Source: a virus. Taken from it: a stretch of DNA of 64,000 nucleotides. Location of the stretch: IMG/VR virus record IMGVR_UViG_3300046500_000236, positions 1 through 64,000 of that record, one strand, 5' to 3'. Of this stretch, positions 16,891 to 24,609 are shown piece after piece. The notes beneath the pieces are model-generated. The model was not told the DNA's origin, did not search any database, and saw only the letters and a program-made list of their open reading frames with translations. Each line of letters begins with the position of its first letter. Positions within the stretch are counted from its first letter, which is position 1. The position numbers and the translations under genes were made by a program.

Positions 16891-18825
16891 TCAGGCGGCC
16901 GCGGCTTCGTGAGCTGCAGAACGCCATGGGTCGTTCGCACGAGCAAGAGCGGCCATCGGCGGCGGGCTGACGCTGTTGCCGCACATGTGGACCTGCTCGG
17001 TTTTGGTGAACTTACGGCCGTCGGCACCGCGGTCGATGATGTAGTCAGCCGGGAAGCCCTGGGCGCGATACAGCTCATGGGGCTGGAGCATCCGCAGGCA
17101 GATATCCACGATCACATACGGCGTGTCTCTGATGATCACTGTGACCAGGCCGAGCCGATCCTTGGTAGTGATGGTCGGAGCGGGTTGGTCGCAGCCGCTG
17201 ATGTTCTCGGTGCCGTAGTAGCTGATCAGGAACGCGGCAACGCGCAGGGCTCCAGCTTCGTGTTCGGGAGACAGTTTCAGCTCCACCAGCGAGCTTTTAC
17301 CGCCACCGCCAGCTGTGATAGTTAGCGCTGGTTCGTCAATGGCCTGGCCTACGCTGGCGCCGAACTGGCGTTCCATGAAGGCGGTAACCAGACCATGGTG
17401 TGTGCCGCCAGCGCTGACCGTATGCAGCGGATCGGCGACATCACGCGCATCGCAGTTTCCACGCAGATGCACAAGGCTGGCGCTGACCAGCTGCTGTTGG
17501 CTGCCGGTGTTGGTTACCGTGGTCATTGGCTCGCACAAAGGCTTGGCGTCGGTGGTGTTGAATCCGCCGTTCATCTGCGCCATGAAGGCCGATACCAATG
17601 CATGCTTGCCGCCACCGGCAACGACAGTGCCCAGTGGCTGATCAAGGCCAGGTGCGCGCGGCTGCTGGCCGGCACGTTCGCCGTAGCCGGTTTGAATCAA
17701 TGTAGGGCTGATCAGCGTCAGTTCCCCGCGGTTAGCGCAAGTGATCGTGGGCATCGGCTCCGCAGCGTCATTGATCCGGTCGCTGCCCTGGTGGGTGGCT
17801 GGCGCAATGATCGGGCTCGCCATGGCGAATGACCCGCCACGCGGCCATGCCGTGACGGTGCGCAGCGGTTCGTGGGCAGACTGGGCCAATTCACCGGACC
17901 AGTTAGCGATTGGCACGATGAACGGGTCAGCGCTGTCGATGACGAACTTTTTAAGCCCTTTGGCTACGCGGCGCAGGGTTGCCGGGGCCAGGTCTTTTTT
18001 ACGCCCGAAGATGCTCTTGCTCGGCACGGTCCAGTCGATGCAATCCGCGGCGGTGCGCCATTTCTGCTGCCCTTTCTTTGGGTGTTTGGCGTGGGTTGGC
18101 TCCGGCCACACGATCGGCTGACCATCGCACCGGGCGATCATGAATAGACGCTCCCGGCTTGTGGGCGCGCCGAAATCGCATGCCCGGATCACCTTCCACT
18201 CAACGACATAGCCCATTCCTTCCAGCAAAGCCACGAAGCGGCGCCAGGTGCTTCCCCGCTGCTTCGGGTCGGGAATCAGGAACTGCTGTCCCACCGGCAC
18301 AACCTCACCAGGTGCTGCCACATCACCGCTGAGTTTCACCACACGGCCAGTGGCCTTGTCGCGTTTAGCGATCAGTCGGCCCCACTGCAAAATTTGCTTC
18401 ACATTTTCCAGGCTGATTACCCGGGGGCGTTTTTTCCCGGCCCACTTCAAGCCAATCCACGACAGGTTGCGAATCTCGCGCTTGCGCGGTTGACCTCCAG
18501 CGGCCTGGCTGTGGTGAGTGCAGTCGGGGGACATATGAAACCAGCCCACCGGCTTGCCGCCACACTCTTCATCGGGGTCGCCTTCAAACACGTCGGTGGT
18601 GTAGTGGCGTGCTGCCGGGTGGTTGGCGGTGTGCATGCTGATCGCTGCCGGGTTGTGGTTTTTTGCCACTGTCACAGCCCTGCCCAGCCCCATCTCTAGC
18701 CCGGTGCCTGCTCCACCGCCACCACAGAAGAAATCGACAACAATCTCATCGTCTTGCGGGTCAAAGCCGAGTCCGTACTGCGTTTTGAAATCGAAGACGT
18801 GTTTTTTCGGGTGTGCTGAAATCAT
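16891..18825 (-). CDS. DNA (cytosine-5) methyltransferase with expanded, repeated target-recognition region
   Basis: Motifs: I 'FFCGGGGAGTG', IV 'SPDCTHHS', VI 'ENV', VIII 'SRERLF', IX/X 'RAQGFP' and 'GNSVSPP'. About 300 aa between VIII and IX contain seven 'xPxxT(V/I)T...LV' units. Confidence 0.9.
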   Translation of the reverse strand: MISAHPKKHVFDFKTQYGLGFDPQDDEIVVDFFCGGGGAGTGLEMGLGRAVTVAKNHNPAAISMHTANHPAARHYTTDVFEGDPDEECGGKPVGWFHMSPDCTHHSQAAGGQPRKREIRNLSWIGLKWAGKKRPRVISLENVKQILQWGRLIAKRDKATGRVVKLSGDVAAPGEVVPVGQQFLIPDPKQRGSTWRRFVALLEGMGYVVEWKVIRACDFGAPTSRERLFMIARCDGQPIVWPEPTHAKHPKKGQQKWRTAADCIDWTVPSKSIFGRKKDLAPATLRRVAKGLKKFVIDSADPFIVPIANWSGELAQSAHEPLRTVTAWPRGGSFAMASPIIAPATHQGSDRINDAAEPMPTITCANRGELTLISPTLIQTGYGERAGQQPRAPGLDQPLGTVVAGGGKHALVSAFMAQMNGGFNTTDAKPLCEPMTTVTNTGSQQQLVSASLVHLRGNCDARDVADPLHTVSAGGTHHGLVTAFMERQFGASVGQAIDEPALTITAGGGGKSSLVELKLSPEHEAGALRVAAFLISYYGTENISGCDQPAPTITTKDRLGLVTVIIRDTPYVIVDICLRMLQPHELYRAQGFPADYIIDRGADGRKFTKTEQVHMCGNSVSPPPMAALARANDPWRSAAHEAAAA

Positions 18826-19265
18826 TGCTGGCCACCCTGGGCAGCGGCGAGCGCTTCCTGCAGCTGCTGTTTCAGCAGCGCCAGCCCTTCCATCATCAGG
18901 CGGTGTTCCTCGTGATTGGCCAGCTCGTTCTCGATCGCCCGGATAACCACACTGTTCATGCTGTAGTGGGTTTTCTTCGCCCGGACACTGATCTGTGCGC
19001 GCATCCCTTCCGGCAAGCGCACCACGAATTTGTCCAGGCTTCGGGAACCGCCAGCTTGTTCATCCGAATCGGTGTCTGCGTCTGCAATAGGCGCCACTTC
19101 TGGGGCTTCCTCGGGCGCCGGCGCAGCAATAGGCGTCGGTTCGGCTACAGGTACAGGTGCCACATCAGGACGGCCCACCGGGGTCGTAACGTCGACGTAT
19201 TCACGGGATATGACCATACGGGCCATGGATGCGCGCTCCAGTGCTGCTTTTGCGATCGGGTTCAT
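18822..19265 (-). CDS. Arc/MetJ-type RHH DNA-binding protein
   Basis: C-terminal 'KFVVRLPEGMRAQISVRAKKTHYSMNSVVIRAIENEL' matches the Arc-domain pattern. Pro/Ala/Asp-rich linker. Confidence 0.6.
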   Translation of the reverse strand: MNPIAKAALERASMARMVISREYVDVTTPVGRPDVAPVPVAEPTPIAAPAPEEAPEVAPIADADTDSDEQAGGSRSLDKFVVRLPEGMRAQISVRAKKTHYSMNSVVIRAIENELANHEEHRLMMEGLALLKQQLQEALAAAQGGQQ

Positions 19266-19462
19266 GTGTTGGTGACCATGCGTTGGGTTTCAGTGAAGTT
19301 ATGGGCTTGCAGCAGCGCGACGATCATTCCCTTGGGCAGACCGGACGCCTTGGCTTTGTTCACAGCGGCAACGATCGAGGCATCAAGCTCCAAAAGCGCC
19401 TGCTCTTGCTTCTTTGGTACTGCCCAGTCGGACAGCGCCGTTACAGCGTGAGAGGGTTTCAT
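19262..19462 (-). CDS. hypothetical protein
   Basis: 66-aa ORF, coupled. Confidence 0.5.
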   Translation of the reverse strand: MKPSHAVTALSDWAVPKKQEQALLELDASIVAAVNKAKASGLPKGMIVALLQAHNFTETQRMVTNT

Positions 19463-19674
19463 CGCACCATCACCGGGCGCAGCCCCTTGAAGCGGCCGGT
19501 TTGAGCGAACTTGTCGCCCACTACCTGGTGCTGGCCACGCTTCTGGGTGCCATCGGGAAGCACAACGCGCGCATCCGCCCCTTTGGTGAGTCGAACCGCG
19601 CCTGCACTGCTCTCAACGACGGTAAATCCCTGATCCTTGAGGCCGTTCACAGCTGATTTCTGGATCGGGGTCAC
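19459..19674 (-). CDS. hypothetical protein
   Basis: 71-aa ORF, coupled. Confidence 0.5.
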   Translation of the reverse strand: MTPIQKSAVNGLKDQGFTVVESSAGAVRLTKGADARVVLPDGTQKRGQHQVVGDKFAQTGRFKGLRPVMVR

Positions 19675-20042
19675 ATCGTTTCTCCTATCTTGGCCAGCGC
19701 CAGCACGATCGCCCGGCGAGTAGCGGCGAAGTAATCAGGCGTTTGCGTATCCCCACCCGTAACGAACACGGACGGGTAGGCATTTCCGTTGCGATCGGTG
19801 CAGTACACGGCACCCGATGCAATGTGGTCGTTCCAAACAACCAACTGGCGTACTACGGCGCCGCGATGTGCGTCACCATCGTTACAGAAGGGATTCCAGT
19901 ACTGCCTCTTACTGAGCTTGGCGTAAGGCATCGGAAAACCGTCTTCTGGATACGCCTCGTAATAGATTGGGGTTTGCAGAGCGAGGGCTTTGCCGGCCAG
20001 CGTGAGCAATTGCAGATCCGCGGATTCGCCGTAACCGGTCAT
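19671..20042 (-). CDS. DUF2591 (NinX)-like protein, paralogue 4
   Basis: Start 'MTGYGESADLQLLTLAGKALAL' at 20042 (ATGA overlap). The longer ORF-track form is an Arg-rich artefact. Confidence 0.6.
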   Translation of the reverse strand: MTGYGESADLQLLTLAGKALALQTPIYYEAYPEDGFPMPYAKLSKRQYWNPFCNDGDAHRGAVVRQLVVWNDHIASGAVYCTDRNGNAYPSVFVTGGDTQTPDYFAATRRAIVLALAKIGETM

Positions 20043-20539
20043 GAGAGCACCAGGCAAGCAGGCACTTTCACCGTACCGCCCAGTTCGGTGCTCACGATGG
20101 CGCGACAGGCAGCGATAAGGTGGGTGGGACCAGACCCGATTTCGTATTGCAGCCTGTCCGGGATGGCTAAGACGGGTTCTTTTCCGGTGTCGTCTGCAGG
20201 TCCAGTGCCCTGGGTGACAAAGCTCATTCGGTATTGATCCACCAGGTGGCCACCGGTGTTCCAGGCGGTGGACGGCGCATAACGCGGGATGCCGCGCATG
20301 TGTGGATACTTGACCACGTCCAGCACGCCGCGCTGCGCGATGTAAACGCACACCACCTCGGGTGCATTCGTTTCGAGCTGGGCGCGCCCCTCATAGAAAC
20401 CACCGGCCGGGCAGTCAGATGGCACCCACACCCAGTTGATCCCTTTACAGGTGGCGTCATAGGCAGCAACGAGCAGATCCAGCGCCATCGGGCACAGGTC
20501 TTTGACAGCTACGTCCACCAGGTTCGTGCTCAGGTTCAT
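20039..20539 (-). CDS. DUF2591-like protein, paralogue 3
   Basis: Start 'MNLSTNLVDVAVKDLCPMALDLLVA' at 20539 (ATGA overlap). Confidence 0.6.
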   Translation of the reverse strand: MNLSTNLVDVAVKDLCPMALDLLVAAYDATCKGINWVWVPSDCPAGGFYEGRAQLETNAPEVVCVYIAQRGVLDVVKYPHMRGIPRYAPSTAWNTGGHLVDQYRMSFVTQGTGPADDTGKEPVLAIPDRLQYEIGSGPTHLIAACRAIVSTELGGTVKVPACLVLS

Positions 20540-20949
20540 ACGCACACCTCCACGTCGGCCAGCGCCTTGGGTACAAACACGCGGGTTCCATAGGCGTTCA
20601 ACACAACCAGACGGCAAGCTGCCTGCAGGTGGGTGTCGCCGGACATGCTGCGCAGCGGGTCGCGTTTGCTGTAGGCCGCAAAGCCTGTGATCCCCAGTGG
20701 CGTGCAGTCCAACGGGTTGAAACAGATATCAAACTGCTCGAGCAGCGGGCCGCCCGCTTGCCAGTCGGTCGAAATCTGGCACGGGTGGCCGTAGGACTGG
20801 ACGAACAGCTTGCTGCCAGGCTTCCCATAGGTGCCACCCAGCGCCAGCGCCGGCGAACCACCCTTGGCCATCACCGTCGCCCAGTCGAGCGCAGCGCCAG
20901 CCAGGTCTTGAACTTTCACCTCTGTGGGGGTCATGTCGAACTTCATCAT
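20536..20949 (-). CDS. DUF2591-like protein, paralogue 2
   Basis: 'VKVQDLAGAALDWATVMAKG' is the characteristic N-terminal motif. ATGA overlap at 20946-20949. Confidence 0.65.
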   Translation of the reverse strand: MMKFDMTPTEVKVQDLAGAALDWATVMAKGGSPALALGGTYGKPGSKLFVQSYGHPCQISTDWQAGGPLLEQFDICFNPLDCTPLGITGFAAYSKRDPLRSMSGDTHLQAACRLVVLNAYGTRVFVPKALADVEVCV

Positions 20950-21353
20950 TGCGACACCAGCAGAGCAGCCGGCACGTCGACGTGATAGCCGAACTTCCAC
21001 TGCACTAGGGCGCGCAGCACGGCGATGCCCTTGGAAGATCCGACACCCACCGTGTTCCGATCCACGGTGGCGGCGTACTGCTTGCCATCAGGGTATTGGG
21101 ACCAGCCGCATGCAGGCTCCATGCAGTCATCCATGTGGCAGATATGGCCATCGACCAGCGCCCACATTTGCCCGGCGTCAGTCAGCGGCGCGAATTCGTG
21201 CTCACGGAAGTGACCGAAACCGATTTTCGGCGGTTGGCCAGCAGCGATCGGGGGAACGATGACCAGGTCATGGCCAGCGGCAACGCCAGCAGCCCAGGTC
21301 AGGGCGAGCCCGTCCAGTTTGGTGGTTTCAAGGGTGACTTGCGCGTCAATCAT
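20946..21353 (-). CDS. DUF2591-like protein, paralogue 1
   Basis: Start 'MIDAQVTLETTKLDGLALTWAAGVAAG' at 21353 (ATGA overlap). Confidence 0.6.
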   Translation of the reverse strand: MIDAQVTLETTKLDGLALTWAAGVAAGHDLVIVPPIAAGQPPKIGFGHFREHEFAPLTDAGQMWALVDGHICHMDDCMEPACGWSQYPDGKQYAATVDRNTVGVGSSKGIAVLRALVQWKFGYHVDVPAALLVSQ

Positions 21354-22093
21354 TGCTGTGTGCCTTGTGGTGCGGCGGTTGGCCGTTTCTGCTTGATCGG
21401 AGCGCCATCGGCAGGCGCTGGGGATGTGCCAGCGAAAGCCTGCTGGCCACCGCTGTCGAAAATGGGGGTTGCGGCCTCTATGAGGAACGGCTCGACGACG
21501 TGCCACGTCCACTTGCCGTTCGGGGCCTGGGTGAGCCATTGCGCCCACGCGGGGGCGTCCTCCCATTTGGGGGCCGGCTTTACCTTGGATCGGGTCTTTG
21601 GGGTGGCCTTGGCGGGTTTGGGTTTGCCGGGCGCCAGCTTTGGCACGTAGGTAAGGCCCTTTTCTTTGGCCTCGGCCGCTTCTCGGACGCGCAGGCCCTG
21701 CTCAAAGGCCTTGTTGACGGTGGCGCCGCCAAAATTGTCCTCGAGCATGATTCCCCGGGCGCAATGTGGGCACGTCGGCAGCATCTTGTTGCCGCGCCAT
21801 ACGGACTCGGCTTGCTTGGCGGCACGCAGGTGCAGGGTCAGAGCGGTGGCCTGCTTGGCGGTATCCAGTTCGCGCTGGACCTTCTTGATCTGCTCACCCC
21901 AAGAGGACGTGAACATGTTCAGCGCCCAATACGCGGAAACTTGGCTCCCGCAGTCCACGCACTTGACCACCTCACCTACATCATCCATCTCGATGTACCG
22001 ATGCTGGCAGCCTTCACGGCGACGAATGTAATCGTCCTTTATCCTGGCGATTTTCAGGTCTGAAAACTGTATTACGTTGGATAGATCGCCCAT
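21350..22093 (-). CDS. hypothetical zinc-ribbon protein, first gene of an operon
   Basis: 247 aa with 'CVDCGS...CPHCARG'. Motif A and a terminator lie just upstream. Confidence 0.65.
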   Translation of the reverse strand: MGDLSNVIQFSDLKIARIKDDYIRRREGCQHRYIEMDDVGEVVKCVDCGSQVSAYWALNMFTSSWGEQIKKVQRELDTAKQATALTLHLRAAKQAESVWRGNKMLPTCPHCARGIMLEDNFGGATVNKAFEQGLRVREAAEAKEKGLTYVPKLAPGKPKPAKATPKTRSKVKPAPKWEDAPAWAQWLTQAPNGKWTWHVVEPFLIEAATPIFDSGGQQAFAGTSPAPADGAPIKQKRPTAAPQGTQQ

Positions 22094-22130
22094 GACCAGC
22101 TTCCCTAAAGCGCTTGGCCATCATGATACA

Positions 22131-22142
22131 TATCCGCGTACA
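22131..22142 (-). promoter_or_regulatory. 12-bp motif A copy
   Basis: Exact copy 38 bp upstream of the 22093 start and downstream of a terminator. Confidence 0.6.
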
Positions 22143-22196
22143 TTTGTAATAGCGTTTTGTTTATATAACGGGTAATTGACGCCGTTTTGCAGGCAC

Positions 22197-22234
22197 AAAA
22201 AAAGCCCCGCACCGTCGCCAGTGCAGGGCTTTTT
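22197..22234. terminator. bidirectional intrinsic terminator
   Basis: GCCCCGCAC/GTGCAGGGC stem flanked by A7 and T5. Confidence 0.65.
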
Positions 22235-22259
22235 CATAGCGTCCGTTATTCGTAACGCA

Positions 22260-22487
22260 TTACAGACCTTGGTTCGCCCGCTGCAGGTCACCAACTGTGA
22301 GCTTGTCCAGAGGGTCTTTCTTGTCCGGGGTAGGCTCATTCTTGCCCAACACGTACATGGCCGACGCATTCCCGTTGTTCACGGTGGCAGGCACCACGGT
22401 CAGCAACTGCCAGCCTTCATTGAGCAGGGTATTAGCGTTAGCGGCGCCGATAACCTGTTTGACTTGCTTCACTTCACTAAACTGCAT
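22260..22487 (-). CDS. hypothetical protein
   Basis: 75 aa, with AAGGAG RBS before the ATG. Confidence 0.6.
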   Translation of the reverse strand: MQFSEVKQVKQVIGAANANTLLNEGWQLLTVVPATVNNGNASAMYVLGKNEPTPDKKDPLDKLTVGDLQRANQGL

Positions 22488-22568
22488 GACAACTCCTTGT
22501 GTTGCGGTATGGCCGTTCCAGCATGGCCCGGCCGGGGTTCCTTTCTGTTCGTTATAGGTAACGCGGCG

Positions 22569-22799
22569 TCACTCGTCTTGGGCGGCGATCAGCAGTAAAT
22601 GCACGTCCCTGGCCAAGTCGCGGCACAGGTCGTTGTACACCTCGCGCGCCGCCTCAGTACGCTCCACGGCCAAGTGATAGCCCTCACGATCGGCTTTGTC
22701 GTGTGCTCCCGCTGCTTCCACAGCGGCATACCAGGCTTGCTTAGCGGACTGGGCGGCCTCACTGCCGGGCCTGAGTGATTCAACGTCGATCTTTGGCAT
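22569..22799 (-). CDS. hypothetical protein (MPKIDV family)
   Basis: 76 aa. Paralogous to the C-terminal half of the next ORF. Confidence 0.55.
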   Translation of the reverse strand: MPKIDVESLRPGSEAAQSAKQAWYAAVEAAGAHDKADREGYHLAVERTEAAREVYNDLCRDLARDVHLLLIAAQDE

Positions 22800-22816
22800 A
22801 GGGGGGTTCCTTTCCG

Positions 22817-23299
22817 TTAGTTACTATTGGCCGGCTGCGCATCCAGCTCAGCCCGGACAACTACGCCAGAGATAAAGCCGTAAAGCTGACCACAAGCGTC
22901 ATGAAAGCGAGCGCGCGCATCATCCACCGCCTTACACGCTGCCTCATGATCGGCAGGGCCAGCCCTTAGAATGCGCAGGGCTTCGTCCAACTCCTGCTGA
23001 GCGGCTGCCACCGGCCCCAGCCCGAACCTGAGAGTACTTACGTCGATTTTCGGCATAACGGGAGCTCTCTTGGGTACGGTTAAGCAGTCGTCACAGAGAA
23101 ACAGCCGTTCGTTGCGACTGCGCGGGTCTAGCCCGTGCGGTCCGCAGTTCATGGTGCATTGCTTTGTCGACGGGTCGAAAGCTGCCAGGGCGACCGGATC
23201 GGCGCGGGTCCATTCAATCTCTCTCTCAGGCACTGCCTGCGCTGCTTTCAATCTCCGCGCCTTGATGGTCATGCGGTCGGTTCCTTTAACAATCGTCAA
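22817..23299 (-). CDS. hypothetical protein: Cys-rich N-terminal half plus MPKIDV-family C-terminal half
   Basis: 160 aa. The internal 'MPKIDVSTLRFG' mirrors 'MPKIDVESLRPG' of 22569-22799. Confidence 0.55.
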   Translation of the reverse strand: MTIVKGTDRMTIKARRLKAAQAVPEREIEWTRADPVALAAFDPSTKQCTMNCGPHGLDPRSRNERLFLCDDCLTVPKRAPVMPKIDVSTLRFGLGPVAAAQQELDEALRILRAGPADHEAACKAVDDARARFHDACGQLYGFISGVVVRAELDAQPANSN

Positions 23300-23519
23300 T
23301 ATCGAGGCCCAACGCCTCGCACTGCCACAACATGTATTCGGTAGTGATCATGCTAATCACGGCCTGAACCGGGGCGTTCAGCAGCCCCGAGCGCTGCACT
23401 CGGCTCGACAGCCAGTCCAGTAGCTCGGCGCGCCCGGACAGGCACGGACCGAATTGTTGCTCCAGGGCATCGGCGAAACGCTCCAGCTGTTCGTGTGAGG
23501 GGTCGTGTTCAGCAGTCAT
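23286..23519 (-). CDS. hypothetical protein
   Basis: 77-aa ORF. Confidence 0.5.
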   Translation of the reverse strand: MTAEHDPSHEQLERFADALEQQFGPCLSGRAELLDWLSSRVQRSGLLNAPVQAVISMITTEYMLWQCEALGLDIDDC

Positions 23520-23537
23520 GAGAGCAGGCTCCTTGCA

Positions 23538-23936
23538 CTACAGGTGGAAGGCCGACACCAGCACTGCGTCAACTTCACAATAATCTTCGTAGGGCAGAGC
23601 TTGGGCAGCTGACAGCCCCTGCAGGAAACCGCGCAAGCGCTCGATACCGATCCGCCCGGTGTCTGCATCTTCTGCGTAATCTGCCAACGTTTCGAGCGCG
23701 GATGGGTGATTCGATAACGCGGCGGCCACCTGAGCGAACACCTTGCGCAACGCTTCAACCTTGGCGGCATTGAGTTCGTCGCTGACGCTCTGACGCAGCG
23801 GGCCGGCCGCGATTGGGAAGTCGTCGGCCGTTATTTTGCCCGACTTAATTCCATCGATAGCCCGATCAAACGCAGCGTTCAAACTAACCTCATCACTTGC
23901 GAACTCGAGCAGCTTACGCATCTTCTCTCTGTCCAT
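23538..23936 (-). CDS. hypothetical protein, first gene of a minus-strand operon
   Basis: 132-aa ORF divergent from the 24005 gene. Confidence 0.6.
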   Translation of the reverse strand: MDREKMRKLLEFASDEVSLNAAFDRAIDGIKSGKITADDFPIAAGPLRQSVSDELNAAKVEALRKVFAQVAAALSNHPSALETLADYAEDADTGRIGIERLRGFLQGLSAAQALPYEDYCEVDAVLVSAFHL

Positions 23937-23977
23937 CGATCTGGCTCCTGTGGCTAAGCGGGTAATACGCCGACATA

Positions 23978-23993
23978 CTGTTTATTTGTACAG
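23978..23993. promoter_or_regulatory. LexA (SOS) box CTGT-N8-ACAG
   Basis: taCTGTTTATTTGTACAGct is a perfect CTGT-N8-ACAG with an AT-rich spacer. It lies in the 68-bp divergent intergenic region, 12 bp before the 24005 ATG. Confidence 0.75.
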
Positions 23994-24004
23994 CTGGTAT
24001 AGCC

Positions 24005-24253
24005 ATGTCCAAACTTCCCAAGTTCACCCCGCTTACCCCAGAGGAACTGCGCTCATTGTGGGCACGGCATCCAGATCCCGAGATTCGCCGCTTGGTGCTT
24101 GAAGTCGTGCGCTACCGCGACGTGATCTGTGAAACTGACAAGCTTTTTCAGACCATTCATCAAACATGGCGTGACATCAATGGCGGACACCTGGTCGCCA
24201 TTCAGCTCCTAAGCGTCCTGCTCAACAATGAGCGGGAACGACTGAGGTTTTGA
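24005..24253 (+). CDS. small protein under putative LexA control (antirepressor candidate)
   Basis: 82 aa. It is the only plus-strand gene within about 37 kb of minus-strand genes, and the SOS box overlaps its promoter region. Confidence 0.6.
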   Translation: MSKLPKFTPLTPEELRSLWARHPDPEIRRLVLEVVRYRDVICETDKLFQTIHQTWRDINGGHLVAIQLLSVLLNNERERLRF

Positions 24254-24598
24254 TCAGCGGCGCTTGTCGTGGTCGCGCAGGCTGTGGCGCACCACCCCCC
24301 AGACCTCGAACTCGTCGTTCTCCAGGATGTACCGCGGTGGATACTTCGGGTTTTCCGAGCGCATGACCAGCTCGCCCGCGTCGTAGTCCAGGCGCTTGCA
24401 CATCGGCTCACGGTTGATCACCGCAATGATGATATTGCCCTGAACGGGGTCCTTACCTTTGTCGACCACCAGCAGGTCACCGGAGAAGATCCCCGCGCCT
24501 TGCATGCTATCGCCCTCCACCCGCACCAGGTACGTCTGGGGCGCCCGGATGTTCATCAGCTCATCCAGCGATATAGGGACGGCCACGTCTTCAAGCAT
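24254..24598 (-). CDS. S24 peptidase, UmuD'-like (HumD-like), no DNA-binding or pro-segment
   Basis: 114 aa. 'GDSMQGAGIFSGDLLVVD' provides the Ser and 'CKRL' the Lys. The N-terminus starts roughly where processed UmuD' starts. Confidence 0.8.
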   Translation of the reverse strand: MLEDVAVPISLDELMNIRAPQTYLVRVEGDSMQGAGIFSGDLLVVDKGKDPVQGNIIIAVINREPMCKRLDYDAGELVMRSENPKYPPRYILENDEFEVWGVVRHSLRDHDKRR

Positions 24599-24609
24599 TG
24601 CCGTAAACC

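Noticed and set aside
19671-20351. Long N-terminally extended ORF-track versions of several genes: 19671-20351, 20946-21566, 25337-25912, 26308-27135, 32539-33732 and 46214-46957.
   Set aside because: The extensions are Arg/Pro/Gly-rich, overlap the upstream gene in another frame, and are followed by an internal ATG that sits exactly on an ATGA/TAATG junction with the upstream stop. I used the trimmed starts.
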